Source: Euryarchaeota archaeon UBA242 | Lineage (GTDB): Archaea > Thermoplasmatota > Poseidoniia > Poseidoniales > Poseidoniaceae | Reading direction: 5' to 3' | Length of the DNA stretch: 64,000 nt | Assembly (NCBI GenBank): GCA_002499015.1 | Contig: DAJY01000098.1 | Coordinates: forward strand, 4,045-68,044 | Shown: one piece after another, positions 52,681-62,265 of the stretch | How positions within the stretch are numbered: the first letter of the stretch is position 1 | How the letters are laid out: the number at the start of each line of letters is the position of its first letter | Notes under the pieces: generated by a model | The model's database searches: none | Told to the model about the DNA's origin: nothing | What the model saw: only the letters and a program-made list of their open reading frames with translations | Program-made: the position numbers and the translations under genes

Positions 52681-54704
52681 TAGAACTCACCCCCCATCAG
52701 ATTCCATGCGGTCAATTGGGCTCTTGCAGATTGAGTTAATGTGAACAGTCGGCTTTTTCCAACTTTACGAGCGTTTAGAACTCCGCCCTTATGTAAGCGA
52801 TTACTTATTTGAGACAGTCTAGCTCTTTTTATGTTTAATTCTTGTAATAGTTCTTGGTCTGATGGAGAATATTTTCTTTCATTAGCGGTTGCAACAACAA
52901 CTGCCTCATGAGGTGATAAATTAGATAATACGCTCGTGTTTAATGGATGGTCGATTCTTTCTCCCATCTTTGGTTGCCTCAAACTCGTAAGTGCATCTAT
53001 CAATCTTCTTCGATCAATCGTGCCATCTTGCTTTTGTGGTGCTAGCAAAGCGGTTTGAAGTGCATTGACTAGATTTGAGAATGTTTTCATGTCACCTTTT
53101 GACACAAATTCAGAATTTGATACCGAGTGTTCCGTATCTTGGTAATTACTTTCATCGCTATAATAACTGTTTTCGGCTTCTATTGGACCATCAACATCGT
53201 CATCCATGTAACCTGTTTCGTCATGCAGCATCGCAGTACCATCTCCTTCCAATCCTTCATCGCTTGATTCATCGATTAGGTTAGAATCTTTGGCCACCCA
53301 CAATTCTGCCCCTTTTACAACTGCTGATTGTTCATAATCATCCGGGTTTTGAGGGTATTTGTCTGGCGCCTCTCTCATTCTTCTGACCAATGAGCCAAAC
53401 ATTCCTGTCATTTCAACTGGTATTGGCTTAGTAGTTTCATTGTTGATTTCATCACTATCATAAACATCAAATGGTGTTTCCTTTAGAGGGGCGTCGTTAT
53501 CCTTTGAACTGCCTAAATCATCTAAATCTAAATCAAATCCAGAAAGTGAACCGCCTGGACCATGTATTTCTTGGAAATTATCATCTTGCGTTGTTTCTGA
53601 GTTCAGTTCATCGTTTTGGGGTCTAGATTGCCAAGGAGTGGAAGCATCCATGACCTCTACGCCGGCATCTTCTGAAGGATCTATTGATTTTTCAATCGAT
53701 TCGATGTATTCCTCTCCTAGTTCACCTATTAATCTACCAAAAATATCAGGTTGGTCATTATCTGCCGCAGAGGCGTCTAATTTGGCATCATCACTATTTC
53801 CCTCAATACTCGGCTCTGGCATCAAATCATTGGCAGATAAGTCACGCATAGAGGTGAAAATGCCTGTTGTAGATGCTTCTGGTTGTTGTGTAGGGAGTAT
53901 TGCACTAGTATCGAATCCCTTTCTGTCACGTGAAATGTGATTTATATTATCTTGAGCCACTTGGTTTTGAGTCATCCGGTTGTTGTCTACTGCGTCCCTC
54001 ATCACCCTGACAATCGAGGCAGGAAGGCCGTCGGTCATGGATAATAGGTGCTCAGCATCCTCTTTTGGAAATGAGTACTGAGTACTACAAGCCGAACGTA
54101 TTCTCAGATTTACCATTTCTTGAATAGACTCAACACTTAGTGGATTCAGCGTGTTCACCATGTCAAATCTATTCAATACCGCTTCTGGTAAATGCGCTTT
54201 TTGTTTATGATCCAACACCACCACCATCAAAACCTGTAATCGTTCAATAACAGGTAAAGTATCTCTTAGTGCCACATTTAGAACTGCGGAATCAACCGTG
54301 GGTACATCGATTACCACCAGTGGCAGTTTACCAGTGAAGGATTTACTAGTTTCAACCATTTCCGAAACAATCGCCGAATAATGTGAAGGAATATTCGGGC
54401 CAACTAGCCCCAAATATAATGATTCCAACAGACTTTTAGCGGGAGCAGATGCATGAATATGGTCTAAGTGTAGCGAAAGTGGTGCCTCCTTTCCTAAGCA
54501 TCTCAACAATGAAGTACGGCCAGAACCGACACTACCAACCATCAAAATACGCCTAGTTGAACAGAAATGGATGTGTTGGGCTAGACTATCAAATACTTCA
54601 TTACGCCCTACTAAGAGGCTTTTTTGGCCTTCTTCTAGGGGTGATGTAGAAAATGGATTGTGGAATAAGAGAGGGAGTTCTATCTCTTTACCTTCTATCC
54701 GCAT
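52680..54704 (-). CDS. Degenerate AAA+/STAND-like ATPase with acidic linker and C-terminal winged HTH
   Basis: NPF...LVGR, GSVGSGRTS, LVVIDVP, LNRF and TDGLP. C-terminal LNIKRARLSQISNRLHKGGVLNARKVGKSRLFTLT. The start may be 54704 or 54773. Confidence 0.75.
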   Translation of the reverse strand: MRIEGKEIELPLLFHNPFSTSPLEEGQKSLLVGRNEVFDSLAQHIHFCSTRRILMVGSVGSGRTSLLRCLGKEAPLSLHLDHIHASAPAKSLLESLYLGLVGPNIPSHYSAIVSEMVETSKSFTGKLPLVVIDVPTVDSAVLNVALRDTLPVIERLQVLMVVVLDHKQKAHLPEAVLNRFDMVNTLNPLSVESIQEMVNLRIRSACSTQYSFPKEDAEHLLSMTDGLPASIVRVMRDAVDNNRMTQNQVAQDNINHISRDRKGFDTSAILPTQQPEASTTGIFTSMRDLSANDLMPEPSIEGNSDDAKLDASAADNDQPDIFGRLIGELGEEYIESIEKSIDPSEDAGVEVMDASTPWQSRPQNDELNSETTQDDNFQEIHGPGGSLSGFDLDLDDLGSSKDNDAPLKETPFDVYDSDEINNETTKPIPVEMTGMFGSLVRRMREAPDKYPQNPDDYEQSAVVKGAELWVAKDSNLIDESSDEGLEGDGTAMLHDETGYMDDDVDGPIEAENSYYSDESNYQDTEHSVSNSEFVSKGDMKTFSNLVNALQTALLAPQKQDGTIDRRRLIDALTSLRQPKMGERIDHPLNTSVLSNLSPHEAVVVATANERKYSPSDQELLQELNIKRARLSQISNRLHKGGVLNARKVGKSRLFTLTQSARAQLTAWNLMGGEF

Positions 54705-54823
54705 ACTCCGAGCAATTCGAAGTGGGTATTTATTGTTTGACCTAATCAATAGGCCCCGCAGACGTGTTAACACATGTTAATCAAATCACCATAGCACTAA
54801 TTTGAGGTCTTTACAGGAGTAAA

Positions 54824-54876
54824 TAACGCAACTCTAACGCATGACTAACGCGTTAGGTGAAGCGTTAAACGCGTTA
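54824..54876. promoter_or_regulatory. Phased array of TAACGC/GCGTTA hexamers between divergent genes
   Basis: TAACGC at 54824, 54835 and 54846 (11-bp period). GCGTTA at 54850, 54862 and 54871. Confidence 0.65.
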
Positions 54877-54977
54877 ATCGATAGCATATCTGATAAATAC
54901 GAAAACAACACATCCAGGTCTAATCAAGCGATGTCTTGATGTGATTGAGATTAGTGGCTCAGCACAGAGGAAGCGAT

Positions 54978-56276
54978 ATGTCTGTTGAAAATAGTCGCCT
55001 CAGTGGTTTTTTCCGGCTATCTGTTACCGAGCGTAGGCAAATTGTAGCCGAAGCAGCAGGTCTCAGCCAACAACAAATCGATGCACTGGCAGCCCATGGC
55101 GAGTTATCTGAAGATGCTGCCAACAATATGATCGAGAATGTGATTGGAACTATGTCCTTGCCCGTCGGAGTGGCAACAAACTTTGTTATCGATGGAAAAC
55201 ACTACCTAATACCATTCTGTTTAGAGGAATCTAGTGTTGTTGCTGCAGCATCCAATATGGCTAAGCGTTGCCTTTCTAGAGGTGGTTTCCGCACAAAAAA
55301 TGACGGCCCAATGATGATTGGTCAATTACAGATTCTAGATTTAACCGATATTCCAGCAGCGATTTCAATTCTTGAAGATTCCAAAGATGAATTGATGAAA
55401 ATATGTAACGACAGGCCGAGTACTATGATCAAACTAGGTGGTGGATGCAAAGAAATCGAATTGAGAGTGATCGAAAGCCTATCTGGACCAATGCTAATAT
55501 TGCACATTTTAGTTGATACAAGGGATGCTATGGGCGCAAATGCAGTCAATACAATGGCCGAACTTATTGCCCCAGAAGTTGAAAGGCTAACCGGTGGAAG
55601 AGTCCACTTGAAGATACTATCCAACCTTGCAGCACATCGTTTAGCAAGAGTTGAGGCTACCTTTACTGCTGAAGATTTATCAGATGATGGAACTCGAGAA
55701 AATGGATTACAGATCATTACAGGTATATTGGAAGCATATCATTTCGCCATTGCAGACCCATTTAGGGCAGTCACACATAACAAAGGAGTGATGAATGCCA
55801 TCAGTAGTGTTTCTGTAGCCTGTGGACAAGATTGGAGAGCAATAGAGGCGGGATGCCATGCTTGGGCATCACATCGATCAGGAATCTACTCATCGATGAC
55901 ACAATGGGTACAAGATGAGAATGGTGACCTTGTGGGCTCTATTGAGACCCCAATGGCCGTAGGGATTGTCGGGGGAGCGATTAAGGTGCACCCTGTCGCT
56001 AGGGCTAATTTGGCGATCCTCGGTGTTGATTCCGCTCAAGAATTAGCAGGTGTCATCGCAGCATCTGGATTGGCACAGAACTTAGGAGCTCTAAGAGCAC
56101 TATCAACCAGCGGAATTCAATCTGGCCATATGAAACTACATTCTCGCAATATGGCGGTTAGCGCAGGCGCTTTAGATGACGAAGTCGGAATCATCTCACA
56201 GCGATTACAGGCTTTCAATGGCCCTAAAACTCAAACTAAAGTCCAAGAGTTACTTGAACAACTAAGAAATGAATAA
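54978..56276 (+). CDS. mvaA: Hydroxymethylglutaryl-CoA reductase, class II
   Basis: MIENVIG, EESSVVAAAS, DAMGANAVN, ILSN, THNKG and GIQSGHMKLH. Confidence 0.93.
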   Translation: MSVENSRLSGFFRLSVTERRQIVAEAAGLSQQQIDALAAHGELSEDAANNMIENVIGTMSLPVGVATNFVIDGKHYLIPFCLEESSVVAAASNMAKRCLSRGGFRTKNDGPMMIGQLQILDLTDIPAAISILEDSKDELMKICNDRPSTMIKLGGGCKEIELRVIESLSGPMLILHILVDTRDAMGANAVNTMAELIAPEVERLTGGRVHLKILSNLAAHRLARVEATFTAEDLSDDGTRENGLQIITGILEAYHFAIADPFRAVTHNKGVMNAISSVSVACGQDWRAIEAGCHAWASHRSGIYSSMTQWVQDENGDLVGSIETPMAVGIVGGAIKVHPVARANLAILGVDSAQELAGVIAASGLAQNLGALRALSTSGIQSGHMKLHSRNMAVSAGALDDEVGIISQRLQAFNGPKTQTKVQELLEQLRNE

Positions 56277-56278
56277 TT

Positions 56279-56893
56279 TCATTCTTCTGCTTGTTCTAAA
56301 ATGGGTAGAGTTGATTGTACAGTTAAGTCAATGTCTTCTTCTTCCAGCAGTGTTTCAGCACCGACCATCCCATCTAGCATGCCAGATGATTGAACCTGCT
56401 CCCTAAACCATGCCTTGACCTTCTTTCTTTCAGTAAATGGGCAACCAAATGTTTCCGAAAATCTTCGAGTGGTAATCAATCTACGGGTATTTCCATCTTT
56501 TCTCCGGTCAACCATTCCCAATTGCGCTAGTTCTCGGACGTAATCATATGCTTTTTGCCCCAACAACTCAACTAATCTAGATTGGGCCATAGGTTGATGG
56601 TATGCGATTAGAGCAGCGGCCTTGAGTAATTTTTGAGGAATTTCTGTTCTTGCTTCTTTAGGTAGATGATCTGCAATTTGTGGTTTGACTTCAATAGCCC
56701 AGCGGTCACCGATTTCTGCTATTTGTAGAGCGCCACCTCTGCGACGTTTCAAGGTGGCTCTAAGTGAATTAAGAGAATCTATCATCTCTTCGGCATCATA
56801 CCCTAATGATTCCGATAATTCTGAAATCGCCATTGAACGACCTGCTCCGAACAATGTTGCTTCAAGTAATGATTCCAATGGTAATTCGCTCAT
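56279..56893 (-). CDS. scpB: SMC-Scp complex subunit ScpB
   Basis: LEATLF, ALIAYHQPM, AYDYVREL and TTRRFSETFG. Lies in the smc operon. Confidence 0.9.
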   Translation of the reverse strand: MSELPLESLLEATLFGAGRSMAISELSESLGYDAEEMIDSLNSLRATLKRRRGGALQIAEIGDRWAIEVKPQIADHLPKEARTEIPQKLLKAAALIAYHQPMAQSRLVELLGQKAYDYVRELAQLGMVDRRKDGNTRRLITTRRFSETFGCPFTERKKVKAWFREQVQSSGMLDGMVGAETLLEEEDIDLTVQSTLPILEQAEE

Positions 56894-56905
56894 GTAAATA
56901 ACTCC

Positions 56906-58183
56906 TTACTCCACTAACCACTCATGGTTACCCAATGAGTCCTCAATATTATTTGAATCATTTTTATTTGACTCTACCGCGTTTTCTTGATTGATAATAT
57001 GTTGCACTTGCTCTGGAACCAATACAATTTCAACGGCCTCTTCTGTTTGTAATAATTCTGTCGCCTTTTTCAACGACCTTTCTTCCTTCAGTTTCATTTT
57101 TTTAGCCCTATCCACTAAGTTGTCAGCGTGGCGTTGCGAACCTGTAACTTGTTCTTGGATACGAATAGATTCTTGTTCCTGCTCCGATTTTATCATTTCA
57201 ATAATCTCAGCAAAGTTATTATTTGGTCTTAGATCTTCAAGATATATCACCCCATCTGGAACAGTATCTTGGTAAATGCTAGCAATTCCACGGTGTGTTA
57301 GGAATAAACCTGCAATAAAAGAAGAGACCTTTGCTTCATCTTGATACCCTTCTGGCACTGAACCATATGTTTGCTCCAGGATTAGTTTCAATTCCTCCAT
57401 AACATCAGCAACTGGAACATTATTGGAGCCTGCTTTGAGACATGTTTGTCTCAATGCTCTCCAACAGCGCTCGATATCACCTTCTAGGTCTTCATTGTGC
57501 ATTCTGCCACCGATATCGGATAAGTATTCAGATAATTCTTTTTCGTGAGCAATTCGATTGATTTCTCTTAATTTCAATTCTTCTGCATCATCTGCTGCAT
57601 CCTTGAATGCCGATAACAATTCACCAAGAGTAACTGGTCGTCCTTCCGCCCTACGAACTCTCTCGTCAAATAATGAAGGTAAAACAGAGTCTGCACCACC
57701 TTCAAGGACTGCATTGGTAAAGAAAAATGCTTCATCATCGTATTCTGCTTCCCAGCCGAATTCCATTTCATCATCCCAATCATCTTCTTCATCAGCGCGT
57801 TGAACTCTTTCAAACAATGTTGCTGCTTGGTGATTCAAAACTTCCCACGAAAGACGGATTAATCGGCCACAGGCGGGTAAATCTAATCCGGATGCTTGCG
57901 ATTTTACTCTTTCAGTAAATACTTTCAGGAATGCCGATAAATCGATATTCCAGGCATCTAGTCCCTCTTCTCTAACCAATGATAGAACTAACGCTACAGA
58001 ACGATCGAAAGGATCTTCGAGGCTTTGATGTTCGGCTTCTTCTGTTTTTGCAATATCAATAATACGGTCACTAAAAGATCGAGCTTCACTACTTTCTTCA
58101 CCTGACTCCAGTAATTGGTCGATGATATCCTGCCTGAGGAACCATTTATCCAAAACAGCCTGATGTTCCACCATTATTCTCAC
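56906..58183 (-). CDS. scpA: Kleisin ScpA (divergent)
   Basis: LVREEGLDAWNIDLS, RPVTLGELLSAF and SFIAGLFL. Located between smc and scpB. Confidence 0.8.
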   Translation of the reverse strand: MRIMVEHQAVLDKWFLRQDIIDQLLESGEESSEARSFSDRIIDIAKTEEAEHQSLEDPFDRSVALVLSLVREEGLDAWNIDLSAFLKVFTERVKSQASGLDLPACGRLIRLSWEVLNHQAATLFERVQRADEEDDWDDEMEFGWEAEYDDEAFFFTNAVLEGGADSVLPSLFDERVRRAEGRPVTLGELLSAFKDAADDAEELKLREINRIAHEKELSEYLSDIGGRMHNEDLEGDIERCWRALRQTCLKAGSNNVPVADVMEELKLILEQTYGSVPEGYQDEAKVSSFIAGLFLTHRGIASIYQDTVPDGVIYLEDLRPNNNFAEIIEMIKSEQEQESIRIQEQVTGSQRHADNLVDRAKKMKLKEERSLKKATELLQTEEAVEIVLVPEQVQHIINQENAVESNKNDSNNIEDSLGNHEWLVE

Positions 58184-61100
58184 TCCAAGGTTTCCTCTTC
58201 GCCAACAACTTGTGTTTGCTCAACTTCAGCCTCGCCATCTTCTTCTGCCAATATTGCCTTAGCGATTTCTACTCTCTCTTCAATATCTTCAGTCATATCG
58301 GCAGTGCGTTCACTCAAAGATGCAAGAGTGCTTGATTCTCCATCGCTTTGTAATAAATTATCATTTAAAAATGACAATATACCTCCTAGTGAACTAGGAG
58401 CTTCCAATGAATCAGGTACTAATGGCATCTCGAACAAGGCCGCCGCTGCTTCATCGATACGTGATTGGTTTTGTTCGGATGCTTCATTCGCTTCTTTCCA
58501 AGCTCTAGCCCCTAATTCCAATGCTCTTTCCTTATCGAAATCAACAATACGACGACTACATCCATCGCCACCGTGTGTAATTCCGATGTGATGGTCGGCT
58601 AAGCGCAATGATACCTTGCGCAGCGTTACCATGATGAATTGAGCTCTCTTTGAACGTTCACTGCACATCTTAGCAATTCTTTCAGCATTATACCCGTCAA
58701 GATTTTGGTCAACTTCATCGAAGTAGTAGAATGGACTAGGGTCATAATCCTGTATTGCGAAAATCAAGGCAAGTGCTGCCATTGATTGTTCGCCACCAGA
58801 TAGTTGATGACGTGTCACCTTAGCAGATTTTCCACGTGGTTGTGCCCATAACTCTAGGCCACCTTTGAATGGTTCTTTTGGATTCTCAAGGAATAATTCA
58901 CCACGACCTCCATCGCTTAGAGCATTGTATGCAACCTTGAAATTCTCATTTACCTTCTCGAGGACATTTAACAGGCGTTCCTTTCTTTGCGATTCTAATT
59001 GCTCTGTGACATCCAATAAATGCTTCCTGCGGCTCTGTAATGTTTTGAAATCATCTCTCATTTCGTCAAGTCTTTCTTGACAATGATCGAATTGTTCAAT
59101 CGCAAGCATATTGACCGGTCCATATCCATCAAGTTGACGCTCAAGTCCTCTAACTTTCTTTTCTGCATCCCCAACGCTAGGTAGGGTGACATCAATTTGT
59201 GCTGGTTCAATATCTGAATCTGACATTTCAGACAATAATTCATCCAGTGTTTCTTGCTTTAGTGTCAATGAACGACCTATCTCTTCGGCCATTTGGGTAC
59301 GAGAAGTTGCATCATTTGCTCTTTGAGTCAAATCTGCTCTTAGTGAAGCCCTTTCCTCAACTAATTGAACCCGCTCATTTTCTAATCCTTGATTTTCTTC
59401 AAGGAATTCTGAACGCTCAATTTCCTTGGCTGCGAGTTCTATAGAATCAGTTGCTATGGCTGCTTGCATCAAGTCTATCTTTTCACTACGAGATACAATC
59501 GAAATCTTGATAGTAGAAATCCTCCCATCAAATTCGACAACTCTACTAGCGAGTAAATCTCTGTGACCTGAACCGCTAGCAAGTGCATCTTGAGCCCTAT
59601 TCCTCAATCCTTGTGCCTCTAATCGCTTGACTTCCGCCTTGTGTAATCTTTCCTTGAGATGTGCCGGGCTGGCATTTTCTAGACTTGCTTGTTCTACAGT
59701 TCTATCACTTTCAGATTGCTCAAATTGTTTTTGTGCAACATCTAATGCAGCGAGTGTTTGACTCGCTTGGCTTTGCAAAGTACTTAATTTCCTTTCGATA
59801 TCGGCAACTGCCCCCAAAGACTTGTTGTGAGTGGTCCTAGATTGTTTTAGTTCAGCGCGCCATTCTTGTTGCTTTGAAGCATGCTCTCCATCGGTGAGTA
59901 TATTGATTTTCGCTCTTACTTCTGATTGTACCCTCCTAGCATCTACAAGTGCCCCGTTTACCGTTTCTGACATCAATCTTAGTCGTTCTACTTCCGCCGT
60001 TAGTGACTCTAATTCGTTTGCACCTTGCACTCTGCCTCCGAATGAAACTGACATATTTCTCTTAGAACCGCCGATCATTGCACCGCCTGTTTCGGTAACA
60101 TCGCCGCGCAGTGTTACTAATCTCACACCGCCCATATTTGCTCGGGCAGTTGACATTGAATCTACGATTAGAGTGTTCCTCAAAGCGAAGCGAACTGCGA
60201 TATCGATTCTAGAGTCATAATCAAGTAATTCGTATGCAAATCCAACCACACCTGGTTTTCTTGCTACCATCACAGCCTTACCGGCCGCCCTAGTATTTGC
60301 TAGCCGGTTTAGAGGGAGGAATGTTGCTCTTCCAGCTCTTTTCTCTGAAAGCCACTTGATGGCATTTGCTGCAACTTCATCGTTTTCAACAACAACAGAA
60401 GTCATTCCACCGCCTATTGCGGCTGATAGTGCATCTTCATGAGAACTGTTTTTTGGAGCACACAATTCGGCGATTGTTCCGATAATACCGCGTAATTCCC
60501 CTCTATCTCTTGCTGCGATTACAGCTGCTGAACCGCCTGCTAGCCCTTTAGCACCTGTCCTGGATTCCATTTCATTTCTTGCGCTAATCAATTTGCGTTC
60601 AGTTTCACGAAGCCGATTCTCAACAAGTTGTGATTCCTCGGATAATTTCGATTCTGCGTTTTGTGATGCGTGTAATTCGGTTGCGAGTTTCACTCTATCT
60701 TTTTCTGGATCTACGCCACCAAATTCTTCGCCCTTTATTTCAAGTTCCTCAAAGGCCATTCGTGCTTCCTCGGCGGCATCTTGGGCAGCGACTAATTGCT
60801 CTTCGATCACTTCTGCTTGAGCCGCAGTACGGTCAACCTCACTTTGAGCATCCGCCATTGCTTTGCGGCATATCTCAACCTTCTCGGTTGCCTTTGAGAG
60901 ATTACGTGATAATTGGGCTGTTGATTCACCAGATGATTCCAGCAGCGTACTTACATCTGCCTCTTCTTGTTCGGCTTCTTGGAATGCTATTTTTGCACTT
61001 TCTAAATCACTTCTAGCTGAAGAAAGGCTCTCTGCAAACGTAGTTAAGGACTCTTTTGCTTCCTTGAGACTATCAAACAACTCTTGTAATTCAAGTTTGT

Positions 61101-62091
61101 CTTCTACGTCTTTTTCTTCAGCATCCTGTATCAAATCTCCATTGGTGGCAATGGTGACTTGGAGATTCTGAATCTGTTGCTGCAGCCCATTGGTATCTCC
61201 ACCCATTAGAGCATCAATTTCTTTTTGTAAATCACCAATTTTGTCCTCTAAACCAAGGAGGACTTTGCTCCCTTGCCTTACTTCTTCTTTAAGGTCATTT
61301 GATTCTGCAATATATCTACCCTGTTCGTTGACTTGGTAAGCGATCTCAGATTTTTGTGATGCGTATTTGGCCTGGTATGAAATAATTCTTGACTCTGTTA
61401 GTTCTGTCACTAAATCTCGCACTTTAATCGCAAGGTCTTTCTCTTTCTTCAAATCCTTAAGGCGGCCTTTTTGCTCTTCTTCAAGCATACCGATTCTTTC
61501 AATATATCCTTCAACTTGATCTCTTTGCTTATCTGCCTTTCTTATCTCGTCATCATATGAAGTGACACCGGCAACGCCATCTAGCACCTTGCGGCGTTCT
61601 TTAGAGGTCATTTTCGCTAGATTCGTCACATCGCCTTGGAGGACGATGTTATATCCATCTGGGCGAGTATTTGCCGCACCGAGAAGACGATGGAATGATT
61701 TTTGAGTACTCTCAATACCGTCTAGAAGATATTGAGTCACTACATTATTTGCTTTGGTCAAATGAACAGTACGAGATAAACGAACTTCTTCTAAATCGAT
61801 TGGGAGACGGCGGCGCCCGTTGGATAATGTTGGATTGGCAAATACTAATGTGACCGAACATGAACGTGCTGGTTTGTTGTTTTTCCCGCCATTAAAAATC
61901 AAGTCTTTTGAATTCTGAGCCCTAATTACCTTGTTTGAACGAGGCCCTAATACAAATTGTATCGCATCACCGCAATTGGATTTACCAGAACCATTCGGCC
62001 CGGTAATAGCCGTGAAACCCCTGTCCAAAGGAACTGTTACTTCGCCTTTAAACGATTTAAAATTACAAACTTCAAGTGCTTTAAGATACAT
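58180..62091 (-). CDS. smc: Chromosome segregation protein SMC
   Basis: NFKSF, GPNGSGKSN, VLQGD, hinge GRATFLPL, LSGGE and YYFDEVDQNLD, with long coiled coils. Confidence 0.97.
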   Translation of the reverse strand: MYLKALEVCNFKSFKGEVTVPLDRGFTAITGPNGSGKSNCGDAIQFVLGPRSNKVIRAQNSKDLIFNGGKNNKPARSCSVTLVFANPTLSNGRRRLPIDLEEVRLSRTVHLTKANNVVTQYLLDGIESTQKSFHRLLGAANTRPDGYNIVLQGDVTNLAKMTSKERRKVLDGVAGVTSYDDEIRKADKQRDQVEGYIERIGMLEEEQKGRLKDLKKEKDLAIKVRDLVTELTESRIISYQAKYASQKSEIAYQVNEQGRYIAESNDLKEEVRQGSKVLLGLEDKIGDLQKEIDALMGGDTNGLQQQIQNLQVTIATNGDLIQDAEEKDVEDKLELQELFDSLKEAKESLTTFAESLSSARSDLESAKIAFQEAEQEEADVSTLLESSGESTAQLSRNLSKATEKVEICRKAMADAQSEVDRTAAQAEVIEEQLVAAQDAAEEARMAFEELEIKGEEFGGVDPEKDRVKLATELHASQNAESKLSEESQLVENRLRETERKLISARNEMESRTGAKGLAGGSAAVIAARDRGELRGIIGTIAELCAPKNSSHEDALSAAIGGGMTSVVVENDEVAANAIKWLSEKRAGRATFLPLNRLANTRAAGKAVMVARKPGVVGFAYELLDYDSRIDIAVRFALRNTLIVDSMSTARANMGGVRLVTLRGDVTETGGAMIGGSKRNMSVSFGGRVQGANELESLTAEVERLRLMSETVNGALVDARRVQSEVRAKINILTDGEHASKQQEWRAELKQSRTTHNKSLGAVADIERKLSTLQSQASQTLAALDVAQKQFEQSESDRTVEQASLENASPAHLKERLHKAEVKRLEAQGLRNRAQDALASGSGHRDLLASRVVEFDGRISTIKISIVSRSEKIDLMQAAIATDSIELAAKEIERSEFLEENQGLENERVQLVEERASLRADLTQRANDATSRTQMAEEIGRSLTLKQETLDELLSEMSDSDIEPAQIDVTLPSVGDAEKKVRGLERQLDGYGPVNMLAIEQFDHCQERLDEMRDDFKTLQSRRKHLLDVTEQLESQRKERLLNVLEKVNENFKVAYNALSDGGRGELFLENPKEPFKGGLELWAQPRGKSAKVTRHQLSGGEQSMAALALIFAIQDYDPSPFYYFDEVDQNLDGYNAERIAKMCSERSKRAQFIMVTLRKVSLRLADHHIGITHGGDGCSRRIVDFDKERALELGARAWKEANEASEQNQSRIDEAAAALFEMPLVPDSLEAPSSLGGILSFLNDNLLQSDGESSTLASLSERTADMTEDIEERVEIAKAILAEEDGEAEVEQTQVVGEEETLE

Positions 62092-62265
62092 CCCTATCCC
62101 TCATTGTCGAGAATTTCGCCCCGACCTTAATCTCGTCACCCATCGCGACAGGTCTTAAACAATCGCTTTGTAACGGAACAGTAGAGCGGTTTTGGATACT
62201 AAAGAGAAAAAGCCAGATGCACTTTTTGCATGTACAATAATTAAAATTATTATTTTCTGAAAGAC

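Noticed and set aside
56279..62091. Wadjet/MksBEFG defence system
   Set aside because: It has a canonical SMC hinge and ScpA/ScpB, and no JetD/MksG Toprim nuclease is adjacent, so it is a housekeeping condensin.
62081..62143. 20-codon uORF overlapping the smc start (MGDEIKVGAKFSTMRDRDVS)
   Set aside because: Too short to distinguish from chance, with no independent support.
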